This document shows positions 12,368 through 25,697 of a DNA stretch of 64,000 nucleotides, piece after piece. The translations under genes were made by a program, and so were the position numbers. This stretch comes from Nemertoderma westbladi (lineage: Eukaryota; Animalia; Xenacoelomorpha): contig JAUCBJ010000517.1 in the NCBI GenBank assembly GCA_032718475.1, positions 22,948 through 86,947 of the forward strand. Direction: 5' to 3'. How positions within the stretch are numbered: position 1 is the first letter of the stretch; each line of letters begins with the position of its first letter. Below the pieces are notes generated by a model, which did no database searches, was not told the origin of the DNA, and saw only the letters and a list, made by a program, of their open reading frames with translations.

Positions 12368-14444
12368 CAATTAACGGAATTAATATTGCTGTAGTGAATT
12401 TTATACTCCCAAAATATCGGCAGATGATGTTAAAAAAACCTACAATAAATCAGGCTATGTTCAATGTTGTCTGGTTGTCTCGTAGGGTAGGCCTATCGGT
12501 AATAATAATTTAATAGGCATGATTACATTAAAAAATTAATTAATAAGCCTAAATATACAGGTGTAACTTTTCGCCGTATCCGTATGCATTTTTTGGCGTA
12601 TGTGCCTATGTAATGCTGTAATGGTTTCCTATGGAGAATTGCCGTATGTCAGGTATGTGATTTTAAAGATGAGGCATTCCGCATTATTGGCAGCAAAACT
12701 GGGATCTATCACACTACACACTTATATGGAAAACATACAGCGTTATTTTACTTGGTTGACTTGGGTTACCGGTACTTAATGACTTATGGACTTGGTTTAT
12801 GGGATGTTTTGTAGGTACAGACTGGGATATTCAGATATTCTGATATTGGTTTGTTATTTCAGTATTTAGGTTACCGTTGTGTTCTGTTGGTCAGGCACGG
12901 ACCATAATTAAAGCAGTACCGGTAATTTAACCCTAACCCTACAGCCCTAAGTCATGAGGCTCTAATCTACTAATCAGTTAAATTACTGCTTTAATTAGGG
13001 TTTGTTTGGGCCGCCACTCTTGAAAACTGCGAGGCCCGTGAGAAGAAAACCTCAAAAAAGTGGCGCATCGCGCATCTACTGATCTAGGGTGATTGGGATA
13101 TCCCCCTAAAACTGTGCTGCACACATCAGCACATGCAGACAACGAGACAGGTAGGCCTACTTCAGTACTGAAAACCTATTTGCCTATAGGATTTAAAGAG
13201 TGAGGCAGCCAATCCTGCAGTCAGCTCAAATTATTAGCTGATTAGTACCGGTTTCCCTAAGTGCACTATATTGCTGTATTGTGCATAGTCAAATTGTACA
13301 CTAAGAAAGCCAGAAAGCAATAAGCCTATTAAAATATTCGACAAGCAGACAGGCAGACAAGATGAGTAAGTGCACCATTGCTTGTGCATTGTAATTGTAC
13401 ATGCTTAATATACTTGTTAATAATATATTATGTTTAATGTTTAATGTTTAATAGTTTGGGTATAAGAAAGCTAATGCTTATGGAACCCGTACACACCAAA
13501 AGAAAGTCCAACTGAAAGTAATTATAACAGTACCGGTAAGTAATTAAGTATTGCGACCAATACCGACCATGTTTACGAAACAATGACAAAAACATATATA
13601 AAACAATTGGAACATAAAAGGACGCAGTTAAATTAAAATAGTGTTCTTATAAAAATGGTTACTAATAAAATGTCTTGCTTGCTAAAGGGTTAAAGTGACG
13701 TCTGTAAAATCACGAGTATACACAGCAAATTACATAACAGTCGATAAAGTCAGATACATACACTAAAAATTACAAATATACATTAGAATTACTAAACAAA
13801 TTCAATAAAATGACAGTCTATATAGTATCACGAGTATACACAGAAAGTTACATATCAGTCGATAAAATCGGATACAAGTATATCGGTTAGGGCTAATATC
13901 GATAGTTTAAGGGTTGGAAATAAAATATAAAATTAATTTAAAATATCAGATAATCCATAGCTATAAAAACAGTACGGTATGTAAAATAGATCAAGACATT
14001 TGAACACTTAAATTTACATGGATTAGCTAACACTACACGATGAGAAAATAAGTACTACACAGTTTAAGCTTTAAGGGTTAAAATAAAATATAAAATAAAA
14101 TTAAAATATTCGATAAAATCGTTGTATAGAAACAGTTTGGTATGTAGAACTGATGGATTTAATTAAAATAAAATATTGCATATGAATTGGATTATTTAAG
14201 AAATAACAAATAACAGTTGCACCATTTGGGTCTATTTAAAAATACGAACGATTGGTAAGAGATTATACTGTAAGTTACATAAAAATAAGTAGATCAAGTG
14301 AAAAATAAGTAGATAAGTAAAATAAGATAAAATGGAATGAAAGTTGGTGTTGTAATTAAAAAAAATTTTAAAATATATGATAGATAAAACAACGTTAATG
14401 TGATGAAAAAAAGTTGGTGATTATTAATGCAGGTAATAAGTGGA

Positions 14445-15285
14445 TTATGTGAGGTTCCACCACGAGGGGGTGAATTTCAGGGGTAAATGTTTATAATGAG
14501 TGTTCAGCCTGGATTTGAAGGTGTTTAGCGAGGGTGAGGTGACTATATTATCGGTCAGTGCATTCCATGGGTCAATGACCCGGAAGTGGAAGGTAGAGTT
14601 CCGTTGGAGTAATCTCGCACGTGGTTTCTGGAGTTTTAGGGAATGGCCGCGAGTACTGCTGGAGGAGAGAGTAAATAGATGGTCGACTGACTCCAGACCC
14701 GACAGATACCGATAGACCTGGACGAGGTCAGCGCGGTGGCGACGATACTCGAGGGTCGGGAGGCCCAGTTGCCGCAAACGAAGAGGGTACGGTGTGTCTC
14801 GCAGGTTGGCTACTAACCGAGTAGCTCGCCGTTGGACTGATTCAATCAGCCGTGTCTCTCCGATCCGATGTGGCGACCAGACAGTGGAGGCATACTCCAG
14901 TGTTGGTCGTACGAGGGCTTTGTAGAGATTGATGAAGATATCCCCATCCAGGTGCTTGAATGTCCGATATATTAATCCAAGAGTTCGGTTTGCTTTTTTC
15001 ACGATCGTTGCAATATGGTGGCCGAATGAAAGGTCATTTTGAAATATAACACCAAGGTCTTTTTCTTTGGATGTCCGTTCTAGAATGTGATCACCAAGTT
15101 GATATGGAAGGCAAGGGTTGTCGTATCCTATATGCATAATTTTACATTTTGTAAAGTTGAAACTCAACTGCCACGTCAAACTCCAGTTGTAAAGAATATC
15201 TAAGTCCGATTGTAAGGGGCCAATCGCAGGGCATGGGTGTGCATTAAAAACTACTGAGTCCTTAGTGTCGTCCGCAAATAAATAA
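14445..15285 (-). mobile_element. 5'-truncated CR1/L2-group LINE, RT C-terminal part
   Basis: FADDTK at ~15265-15285, then LSFNFTKCKIMHIG, EKDLGV, LYKALVRPTLEYASTVWSP, LESVQRRAT-like, TRGHSLKL and FKSRL. Confidence 0.9.
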
Positions 15286-15412
15286 ATTAAAAATATATTA
15301 TTAATATTATATTAATAGTACATTAATAATTGTAATATTATATTAAGAATCCAACATGTAAGTACCGGTACAGTTAAGTTAAGTTTATAATATAAAAATA
15401 GTTCATACTTAC

Positions 15413-16668
15413 CAAGGCCTACTAGAGAAACAGGCCTGGAATCCGAGATCAAGCCAATTCTATTGAAGGCCTAATAATCCAATGTGTGTGTGTGTGTGAC
15501 CGGAGCTCTACAGCCCGCATTTCTAAACCAATCTGATCGAGTAAGGTATCAAACGAAGCGGAATTGTCATACGATGCTCACCACACAAAAACATTTTGGT
15601 ATTCTAGAACATTATTTAGCTATTAATAGCTATTATTGTAAATTGCAATTTTTCATGTGTAAACCATAGGCTATTATATACTACTACTTCTACTTGGGAC
15701 TACGTTAGGAGGACAAGCTGGCCGCCGCTAGCGCTATTCTAGAACATAGATAAATAAAGGTAATAGGATTTATTAATTATATAAATATAATAATAATAAA
15801 CTGGAATATAATTTTTTTGATGAAATGGATGAACCCACCGCAAAAATCGGTCGGTCTGCATGTTAGTAATTGATGTCCTGTTGTAATTTCACAAGAACTC
15901 TTAAGTAATATAATAATAATATGTACTGCTTAAGAATTACACTCAAGAGTTAAAAAAATATTAAATATAGTTATAGTATAGGTTTATAGCATTCACTTCA
16001 TTGTCGGTCAACGTGATGTCAACACACGAGGAACACTTGTGCTTCCCAAGTTCACTTGAACATTCAACCTCCAGTTGAGCGTGGAGGAGCTGGAGGCGTT
16101 GGGATGGAGAGCAGAGGAACATTTGGGAATACCGACGGCGGTTCCGCCGGCACTGGGTATCTCCCGGAATGATGTTTCGTTGTCATCTCTTCGGGCCAGT
16201 GCTTCCGACAAACTCCCATGAAACTCGTAACCTTGCACGGATATACGATATTCGGAAGTTGCCGCAACCACGTTTGCAATTCCACAGGATCTTTCGGAAA
16301 CGCGTAGACCGTAATCGGTGAGGAATTCTCCTCCCCGTCGTCCATACCGGTCAGTTTATCCTTCGCGTTCGCATAACCAGTTCTGCAACCGCCGACGGAA
16401 TACTTCCTTCCCATCGAGTTAACGGTCGTACAGTCGTATCAGGTTGTCACTTTGGTAGTTTATTCGGGTAGACACTCGTGTATTCAGGTAAACACTCGAG
16501 CAGTCAGGTAGGAAGAGTAAACGATAACATTAATTCAGTGCAGTAGGTAGTTCAAGATTTGTAAACTATAGCAGTATAGGCTTACAGTATACCGGTATCG
16601 GAATTCTAGGCCTTCAATAATGAAGGCCTGTAGGCTGGCTGCCAGGCCTGTTTCTCTAGTAGGCCTTG
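15413..16668 (-). mobile_element. Deleted P-element-like transposon with THAP domain
   Basis: 27-bp perfect TIR CAAGGCCTACTAGAGAAACAGGCCTGG and 8-bp TSD ATACTTAC (15405-15412, 16669-16676). Confidence 0.88.
16064..16414 (-). CDS. THAP DNA-binding domain ORF of the P-like element (no catalytic domain)
   Basis: MGRKYSVGGCRTGY...FPKD...W...VCRKHW...PSVF is the THAP signature, but the first Cys is replaced by Tyr. Confidence 0.7.
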   Translation of the reverse strand: MGRKYSVGGCRTGYANAKDKLTGMDDGEENSSPITVYAFPKDPVELQTWLRQLPNIVYPCKVTSFMGVCRKHWPEEMTTKHHSGRYPVPAEPPSVFPNVPLLSIPTPPAPPRSTGG

Positions 16669-17329
16669 ATACTTACATAGGCAGATAGGGGAGGTGCCCT
16701 TAAAATTACTAGAATGACACATTTTTCCAGATTGGTTTTAAACCGGGTACCTAGCAAGTAGCAACGCCATCAGCTGTTTTCAAAAAGCCATATTAATTGC
16801 CGGTAGCAGAGGCCTTTAAAAATACTAGAAGAACTACTGTATTTCAGGAGCCCTTAAAACAACTACACCCTATAAACACTATTTCATATCAGGATGCAGT
16901 TAACCCCCTACAGTACACAAACACCGGTCAGCCGGTAGATTACACATTTGTATAACGCTCAGATTGAAATTCACTTTCTCTTTATTAATACATAACCTAC
17001 CTACAGTCCTACAGCAACCGTTTACTCTTACTGTAGTTCAGTTTCATTGTACTAAATCGATGCCTAGTCGCCTGTACTTGTATACAGTTGTACTGTATAT
17101 TGTATTGTGAATTGGAAATTAAAGTGACCTTCCTCTGCAACGCTGTAAGTTTATGTAATATTCTTAAATCAAAAAATTAAATACTAGTGGTAAAATTGTT
17201 AACGCCCCCTAGCGGCCGATGCTGATATTCTGGGCAGTGCCGTATTCTGGGGACCCGCCTCTACAGTATATCATTCTACTCTAGGTGCAAGTGATCACCT
17301 ACTGTAGTACTCCATGTCAGTTTCAAACT

Positions 17330-17840
17330 CATGTCTAAATCATTACCGACACGATCAAAACCAATTTTTGAAAGGACAGATTTTTCATCAATCAATCTTG
17401 AATTACAGTACAAGAGAAACTAACTGCCGAGTCCCTACATCAACTTGATGTACATAGGTCATAGGTCAAAGATATATTCCAACTTCATGGATTCTTGCAA
17501 AATACACATTCCACATTCAAAAGTCGGCAAGCGATCTAAGAAACGGAAGTGGTTGTCTACAAATATATGTCAGTTGATCAATTCCAAACGGAAATTATGG
17601 GACTCTTAAAGGAAAGCACCATCAGCAATATCATTGACGAATACAAGTCAGTACGTAATAGATGCCCCTTAAATGTCCGCAAGGCACAATATATTTACGA
17701 GAAAACAACAGCTGCAAATGCCGCACGAAATCAAAAAGAGTTCTGGAAATATATCCACTCAAAGAGATCTATAAAGCCATCTGTACATAACCTCATTGAT
17801 ATGGATGGCAATCTGGTTACAAACAGAAAAGATAAAAGTA
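17330..17840 (+). mobile_element. Degenerate CR1-like LINE fragment (endonuclease-RT linker)
   Basis: KEFWKYIHSKRSIKPSVHNLIDMDGNLVTNRKDK resembles the CR1 ORF2 linker. Frameshifted. Confidence 0.55.
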
Positions 17841-18990
17841 GTAGGGGTTTGTTCCTTTCTGCGACAGTTAGACCTAACTGACACCCATTGGGTGTCATAT
17901 GACACCCAATTATCACCCTATGGGTGTCATTGGCGCCAGACTGTCTGGGTGACACCTCCTAATTAGGCTAATTAGATCCTAATTGACAGGTGTCTTCAAT
18001 TAATTAGTACAATTAAACCCTAATAGGTGTCCTATTAGGGTTTAATTGATTCCTCCCCTCCTTTTAAATCACAATCTCCCTTATTTTATTTACAGTTCCA
18101 GTGCGTTTTTAATCACGATTGGCGATCTAATTTATTTTATTCGTATTTTTTAAAAATACTTACATACAGTATATTATTTTTTTTACATAGAATTAATAAT
18201 AATTAGTGCAGTTCTCAAGACTCGTAATTACCGGTATCACCATTTAAGTATCAACATTTAATTATTACCCATAAACAGTTATAAACACTTATTGTACTGT
18301 AACTTCATCTAGTATATCATGTAAATTGTCTACTGTATATCAAAGTTTTTAGTTAAATTGTTAATTTACTTGTACAGGTACAACAAGCATTAGCTTTCTA
18401 TACCTTACATTAAACTTAAACATAGAGTTCATATTTATTTAATGAACTACTTACTGTACAGTACAGTATACTGTATATACAGTATTTACAATTACAGTAT
18501 TTAAAAAACACGTTTCCGAGCTTTGCGGTTGGCAAATTCGTCTATAAAACTAGTTAGATCGATCGATACTAAAATCGTTTAATGTATTATGATTAACGTC
18601 GTTATACATTTAAGTATCGAAAATAAACGTTGAGCCAATTCAGAATTTTTTGTAAAGTCTGTGTTTGTCGCCGTGATAACTTTGGATTAGACGCTGTGAG
18701 GATTTTATTATTTCTGTACTATCAAATAAATATTAAACAAGTTTTAAAAATTCACAGGGCCGCTGTCTGAGCAGGGCCGCGGGGTTCACAAGAATACACC
18801 ATCCTACTGTACAGTATATATTTGGGGGCTCCAAACCTGTGAAAAACAATTTTACATTGGAAAGTCTAACCTTTTATAAGGAAGAAATACCCCAGTAACC
18901 TCATTAAACAAGCAGTACTTAAAACTTGATAATTATGACTCCTTATTCGAGTTTTTTTGTAATTTTTTTTCCAATTTAATTTTTGTCTTA

Positions 18991-20555
18991 ATAATTACAT
19001 CATTGTGTGCAAAGTAGCACTTTGCAACGTTATGACCCGAGTTTATTTATGTACCGAGCGAGCGCAGCGAGGGAGTTTTTCATAAATAAACAAGGGTCTT
19101 TAACGCTGAAAAGTGACATTTCCAAGCAATTATGTATGTAATTTTGTTACATTATTTCAACTTATCAGCGTTCGGTATTGTGAAGAAAGGATGTTATGGA
19201 TACTCATTTAAACATTTTAATCATGTACTATTTCAAATATACGTGAAATTTCTTAACTAACGGGTACACAGTATTAATTAAACATTTATATCAAATTAAA
19301 GTTTATTGTTGTTATCTCATGGTTATCTCTTGGGTGTGATACAGTAAATCATGAGATCCATCGTCGACTGAGTCACCGTCTGTGTCCGTTCAGTTTTGCT
19401 GAACACTGTCGCCATATTTTCTTTGCTCATTTTCTCTAAAAAGTCTTCTATAGGACGTATGGACTACAGTTTTACACGTTAAACAATTATTTACATACAG
19501 TAGCTAGTCCGTTACTTCAAACTGGATGGACGCATTATGCAAACACGTGCTGCTTTATTGAATAAAGCAGCATTAATACAATTGGAAACAATACATTCTG
19601 GAATACGGTAATTGAAGTTGATTCCATGTCATTGATTACTTTGCAGCGTTACGAGTAATTCACCAGAACCCTGTTAACACGTTAGCTGCGGCTCTGAAAC
19701 CACTGGTTCTTTGTTACTGCGGATTGTGCACCGGTGAACATTCCTGTGCAGTTCCTCAACTACGGATTGTGCACCGGTGCTCAAATTTACTATCATTGTA
19801 TTTATAAAACAATGGAGATCCACCATGGAAGAAACCGCATCTCAATACCTCCTTCCAGGCCAGAGATAGCGGTTTGAATGTCATCAAAATGTTATACATT
19901 TTTTTATGATTTTACTCTTACAGGATTAACAATTTTCAAAACCAATAATTATCCCATCATATTTGTAAATGACTTTTGGCCACTTCCAAAATTTCAGGGG
20001 GTAGCCCCATAGCATCCACTCCCCTGGGTCCGTGCCTGTGTATGGGCGTAGTAGATAATGACTGGAGTTTAACGACCTCCCATCAATCATTTGGGTTTTA
20101 AAAACATTTAGAAAGTAAAACAATATAAACTAACATTGTTATTGTTACAGCACATTTGGTCATTATGCAATATATATTAACACATGAAAAGTAAACAGTA
20201 AACAGTTATTGCTTAACTAACAATCAACTAAATCAAATTGGCCTAATAGCTGTTGCTAAAGCATTTTAAAAATCCCTCCATATTTATATATGTGGAAATA
20301 TTGAGCACCGGCGCTCAAGACAACAGCTAATGTATTTGAGCACCGGTGCTCAACTTATAGCCTCCGCACTAAGGGCTAACCAAGCCAAAATAGCTCCGCA
20401 CTACAGGGTTGCACAAGTCGTGTTCACCGGTGCACAATACGCAGTGAGAAGTTGACAGGGAGTAAAACCTGCAGCAGTAAAGTTAAAACACGAATTGTGC
20501 ACCGGTGCTGAATCCGCAGCTAACGTGTTAAGTTGACATAATGTAACAAAATATA
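18991..20555. mobile_element. Non-autonomous element with a terminal ~150-bp hairpin plus subterminal inverted repeat (Crypton-like architecture)
   Basis: Hairpin 18993-19143 centred on CGAGCGAGCGCAGCGAG. ATTTTGTTACATTAT is inverted at ~20538-20552. A homologous hairpin lies at ~28057-28212. Confidence 0.45.
19678..20527. mobile_element. piggyBac-like MITE nested in the previous element
   Basis: TTAA|CACGTTAGCTGCGG ... CCGCAGCTAACGTG|TTAA, with internal GCACCGGTG repeats. Confidence 0.8.
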
Positions 20556-20880
20556 TTGTTTACAATATAATACAAACAAGTGAAGATGTTATAATATGGT
20601 TTAATTGGAAATTTCCACTACTTTCAGCCACCCATTTAACCCAACACGACACACTAGACCCATTTGCCCATCCCCTTTCTTTCTTAAAATTGTAAAGTTT
20701 GGGTATGTTCTCGAGAATTTCGTTGCAATATTGTAAAATTATATTTTAAAACATTATATATTTTACATTAATTAGCAAGGTATATTTGTATTTTTAGTCT
20801 GGTGCGTTCTTTCAGCTCTCCGTGGTTAATTTCTTAACCAAAAAATTATTACAATTACACTCCAATCTAAATTGGGCCAC

Positions 20881-22116
20881 TTATCTCTTCAAAAATTTCT
20901 CTAAATCAGCTCCGGTTCTCTGTATCGAGTTAATCCTCCGCTTCAACCGGTTCTCCATCGAGGTATCGCTGGTCAACTGGAACCCGTTCCGCACGGCCGC
21001 CTCCTCCCGGTTGTACAGCGTCCGATGTTCCGTCGCCTCCATCTCCTCACAACCCCTACTCCTCGCGTGCAGCTCCTGTCGCTTAGCGTTGTGTCGCTTC
21101 GCGTCCATCTGCATCTCGGCGCGTTTCCGCTCCAAATCCTCGGCCGTAAGACGAGACCCACACCCGTGTCTGTCGCGTGGTCGCTTCTCTGTGACGTCAT
21201 TATGTAGTCTGTCGTGTGGTCGCTTCTCTGTGACGTCATTATGTAGTCTATCGCGTGGTCGCTTCTCTGTGACGTCATTATGTTGTCTGTCGTGTGGTCG
21301 CTTCTCTGTGACGTCATTATGTAGTCTGTCGTGTGGTCGCTTCTCTGTGACGTCATTATGTAGTCTATCGCGTGGGCGCTTCTCTGTGACGTCATTGTGT
21401 AGTCTATTGCGTTTATCGGTGGCTCTGGCGTCACTGTGACGCCGTCGTCTATCGCTATCATAATCACGTGACCGTGTATCAATAACGTCTTCATGCATGT
21501 CAAGTGTGTCACGTGATCTCTTATCCGCCGTGACGTCACCGGTTAGTCTACCACGCTCGCCGCGGCTTCTAGAATCCTCGCGTTTTCGTTTACCGTCGCT
21601 CAAAGACAAAACATTCCGGCTAGATGATCCCGATTTAGTTTCTCTTCCCAAATCGTGGGAAAGAAGTTTATGTAATTGTAACAAGCGACTGTCGTCCGAA
21701 TGTCGGTCTTTCCTTTCATGTCGGGATTTGTGTTTGTGGCGCCGATGGGTATCTCGATCTTCCTTTAGAGATTTGACTCTCCTTTCTTCACGTAGTCGCT
21801 TTAACGTAATCGGATTCGAAGTAATTAATCTCTTCGCCATCTCCTCGCGTTTCTTTATCGCGAACAACGGGTCTTCGTTCAGTTTATGGGCGATATCAAC
21901 GGCGTTGTTGACTAAATCACGGGGATCGAGCTTAGAGAACGATATGGAATCCCTCGATGAGGCCGGTGTAGGGACGTCCAGTCTGTAGGATCGCCGACCC
22001 ATCGCTGCGTCGACTATCGTATCGTCGACTTTCTTTCCCAGAAGGTAATCCTCCGGATCCAACTTGGCTCCCTCGTACATCCAGCCTATACCGCCACTAC
22101 CAACCGAATCCGCCAT
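20881..22116 (-). CDS. CWC25: Pre-mRNA splicing factor CWC25-like, single exon, lacking the usual N-terminal segment
   Basis: WMYEG...EDYLLGKKVD, KLNEDPLFAIKKREE, LERKRAEMQMDAK and C-terminal SMENRLKRRINSIQR...EKFLKR. ATG in AAAATGG context at 22116. Confidence 0.85.
   Translation of the reverse strand: MADSVGSGGIGWMYEGAKLDPEDYLLGKKVDDTIVDAAMGRRSYRLDVPTPASSRDSISFSKLDPRDLVNNAVDIAHKLNEDPLFAIKKREEMAKRLITSNPITLKRLREERRVKSLKEDRDTHRRHKHKSRHERKDRHSDDSRLLQLHKLLSHDLGRETKSGSSSRNVLSLSDGKRKREDSRSRGERGRLTGDVTADKRSRDTLDMHEDVIDTRSRDYDSDRRRRHSDARATDKRNRLHNDVTEKRPRDRLHNDVTEKRPHDRLHNDVTEKRPHDRQHNDVTEKRPRDRLHNDVTEKRPHDRLHNDVTEKRPRDRHGCGSRLTAEDLERKRAEMQMDAKRHNAKRQELHARSRGCEEMEATEHRTLYNREEAAVRNGFQLTSDTSMENRLKRRINSIQRTGADLEKFLKR
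21170..21405. repeat. Coding 39-bp tandem repeat (~6 copies, RLHNDVTEKRP(H/R)D)
   Basis: Period 39. TGACGTCA at 21192, 21231, 21270, 21309, 21348 and 21387. Confidence 0.95.
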
Positions 22117-25100
22117 TTTTAAATAGGCCTTGAACTGTTGAACGAACAGTTTGTTGAACCAGTGAACTGTTGAATAAAATGTTACTGTACTACTGCAGTA
22201 CTGCATGTACTGTACTAGGTGCTAGGTACTGAGGTATTACCTGTACCTGGATACTGGATTATTGCAACTGGTACAACACGTTCGTGAGGCCTTCGCGCAG
22301 CACGAGGCCCAGTTATGAGATACAAATTAAAATTGAGCAACTGTATCACAAAATGAGTATTTGAGAAATTCACCCACACCACCAATCTATCAAAGAAAGG
22401 GGGACAGTAGGTGTTCAGTCCTTTTAATCTGCACCCCCCCCCCCCCCTTCCCACCCACCAATAGATAACCGCGACATCTAATAAAAATACCCATGGTGTA
22501 TCAAGTACGGCTAACTTCTCGGATAGGACAAAGTTTTGACTCGCCCAATATCTGGAATGATGAAGCCCTTTCTCTTACCGGGGGTGGCGCTGGGTGAGAT
22601 GGTCGATACTGAATATCTTCCCTGATTGTGTTCAGATTAAAATTAATACCTTCAGTTCCACATCTTCAAGAATATCTATTTCAGATGCAGGTGAAAAGAA
22701 ATCAGTTACTTTCCTCTTTTTCGCTTGATTTGATGGATCCATAACACAGTAACAGCCGTGCCGTACCACAGCATGCAATGCAGATATGTGCAATACAATT
22801 TTAGACTACTATTGTAATTTTAAAAAATGTTTGAATAACTATTTGAACGCAAACTGTAGTTTATAATTTACACACACAATAGGGAATACTACAGTACTAT
22901 TGTAGTAATGATGCAGCATCCTTGCATATTATTATATTGGCCAAATTTATATTTAGAGCTGTATAGCACCATTTGATGTTAAGTTCCTTGACCTGTTGTT
23001 GACCAATCATCTTCGAGCTATCTTCTGATTACTCATGGCATTAAACCTGTCTGGCTGCAGTACACATTACTATCTGCATAGTTCCTTGTGACCAGGCCAG
23101 TCCAGTGCCAGGAGGCCACAGCCTCCTGTGTGTGGGTTAGTTGGCTGTCTAATTTCTTGGGAAGACTTTATAGTATTTCTGGGAATTCCATTCCACAGCA
23201 GATAATTGGTTTTACATGCTGGGACGGCCTAAGCTAAGAGCCATTACACATGCTATTCTATACCTTTACTTTGTTAGTGGTATGTCGCTGTCAGAATACA
23301 AGGCACCCCAAGCTAATATACAGCAAATAGCACAGAGCCTACTGACTCCTTTACTCCATATGACATACTGTACTGTTAAAATTAGTTGTACCTCGAATCA
23401 ATTACTTCTCCTTACAAGAGAGCAATGTATTTCCCATTTGTGGCCAGCCAGAAGGCCACAATTGATATAATACTACCAAGGGATATTTTCATATTACCCC
23501 CCCCCCCCCCCCCCCATCCCCCAAGGATCTTGGCCCTAGCTCTTAGCCAGCCAGGTTGCAATGCGAAGCTTTCAGTTTAGAAAAATGTCTTTGTTTCAGA
23601 AAATTTGAAATGTGGATCTTGAATATTTTATTATTTATTTTTCCACTTCAAATGGAAGGGGTTTTTCAGTATGCTTTCTCATTTTCCTAAGGGGTGGCTA
23701 ATGCCACATGGCCACCACCCTCGGTACGCTAGTGCTTACAGTCATAGTTCAACAATTGCCGGGGGGGCATGTGCCACCCCCCCCCCCCCCTGGATCCGCC
23801 CCTGTAAAGACACATTTATTAAAGCAAATCACTTGAACTAATTAAAAACTATAATAGAATGGGGTATGTGGATTACATCTGTATAATTTTTAAGTATAAT
23901 TATTTAAATCTTATACTGTAAAATAATTAATTTCCTTTAAAAGGCAGGTTGAAAAAGCTGTTTTTACCGTAATAAATTTAATTAACTAATTAACTGCTAT
24001 TATCTGAGCTTCTCGAAGGCCACACGGAAATTCATCTTCTTCAAAATTTCTAAACTTTTGCCAAACAACATGTGTACCAAGTTTGGTTAGATTTCATCGA
24101 AGATTGGACGAGTTATTAACGTTCAAAATTGAACACTGCAAAAAAAAGCGACAGAACGACAGATCAACAGAACGACAGCTTGATTAATGGCACCCCTACG
24201 CTAAGACTCACTCACTTCGTGGCTCGCCCCACAGAACGACAGGTTGATTAATGGTACCCCTACGCTAAGGCTCACTCACTTCGTGGCTCGCCCCACAGTG
24301 TTGTAGTAGTACTGTACTGTGTAGTAGTGCAGTAGTGAGTAGCAGTAGAAAGTAGAAACCGCCTCTGCTTCCCAGAAGGACATTGTTTTCAAATTGAGGA
24401 CCAGCCAGCAGCCTGTGTACAATCTTGTGCTTTCAGCTTTGGCAGAGGCAGCCTATCCGATAAGCAAGGTGGACTGGACAGGACAGCCCATAACTTCCAT
24501 CATAAGAAAGACGCCTCTTAGAGGACACAACACACAGGCTTTGAAGATGCGGATAATCTCGCGAAAGTCACAGGATAGTTGAGTTGTGGAGGTGCAATTT
24601 TGCTGACAAAGTCGGCATAGCATTCTTAATGCATGCTACATTCATAGCCTCTTTTAAGAATTTTTTACTGGGCGGCACAGTCACTCGCCATGGCAAATTG
24701 TATGAGTGGGGGGGGGGGGGGGGGGGGGGGTGAATTTGATACACATTTTTAATGTGTGTGAACGAAAAACTATTAAGCATACTGTAATATATTGTTTATT
24801 GACAATAATGGATATAATTTCTATAAGAAGCAACAACTAATTTTACAAAACTTAATTAAATCATTATTTTACATAAATATTAAATTATAATAGAAAATGT
24901 GGCACCTATACCGGAAATTCAGAGGTGGTTAAAACAGGTTTGATAACAAAATTAATAATTATACAATTATTTCCGAATATTTTTAACAATAAGGCCAGCT
25001 AGAAAGAAAATAATAACATTAGATTACATTACACTAAAAATTAAATGAAACCAATAATAATTCAATTTATTGCATCATAAAATATAGCCATTTATATTTC

Positions 25101-25697
25101 AATATAATAGATGTAACATTAAATATACATTAATTCAATTACATGTACATACTGTATTACATTTACAATTTATATTTAATAGGTGAGAAAATGCCATACA
25201 CAGCCCAATCAAAAATTAATTAATTATCTATAAGGTAAGAAATAAAATTTAATAATTATATACTATTTGAAAAAACTGCTTTCTCTCTAAAAGTTTTACA
25301 AATTTATTAGTGAAATAAAGTAACTTGTTTTCATTAAATTGCAAAATTATTGAAAATAAGTGTCTGATACCATTTGAAGGAAAGGAGCAGATTACAGAGG
25401 CTGCCGGCTTTTCTAACCAAAACAATAAACGATATTTCGATAACGGAACAAGCTATGAACAAACAGACTTCAGATTTGGAATTCTGATGAAATGTTGCTC
25501 TAGATGAAATGAAAAAAAAATCGGTATTAAGGATCGGGAGATTAAAATCGGTGGTAAGGTTATTAATGTGTAGAAAATAGGAGGTACCTGTAGTATGCAC
25601 CAAATTTATTTGAGCCGGAAATTGTAATATTATAAAGCCAGATAGGGGGGGGGGGGGGGGGGGGGGAACTGGATGCAATAAAAATTCATCCCTCTCC

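Noticed and set aside
9248-12513. Small ORFs overlapping TPP2 (likewise those overlapping CWC25, JmjC, CASP and Pao)
   Set aside because: Shadow ORFs on alternative frames or strands of real coding sequence with no motifs of their own.
12925-12945. TAACCCTAACCCTA telomere-like motif
   Set aside because: Only about two units; common inside dispersed repeats.
15405-15420. ATACTTACC resembling the U1 snRNA 5' end
   Set aside because: It is the TSD plus the first base of the P-like TIR; no U1 body follows.
22500-22742. MDPSNQAKKRKVTDFF... possible hAT transposase N-terminal remnant
   Set aside because: Only 36 codons before a stop; too little evidence to call.
4553-25666. Poly-G/poly-C runs of ~15-25 nt at several sites
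   Set aside because: Mostly inside or next to dispersed repeats, with lengths prone to sequencing error and no independent structure.
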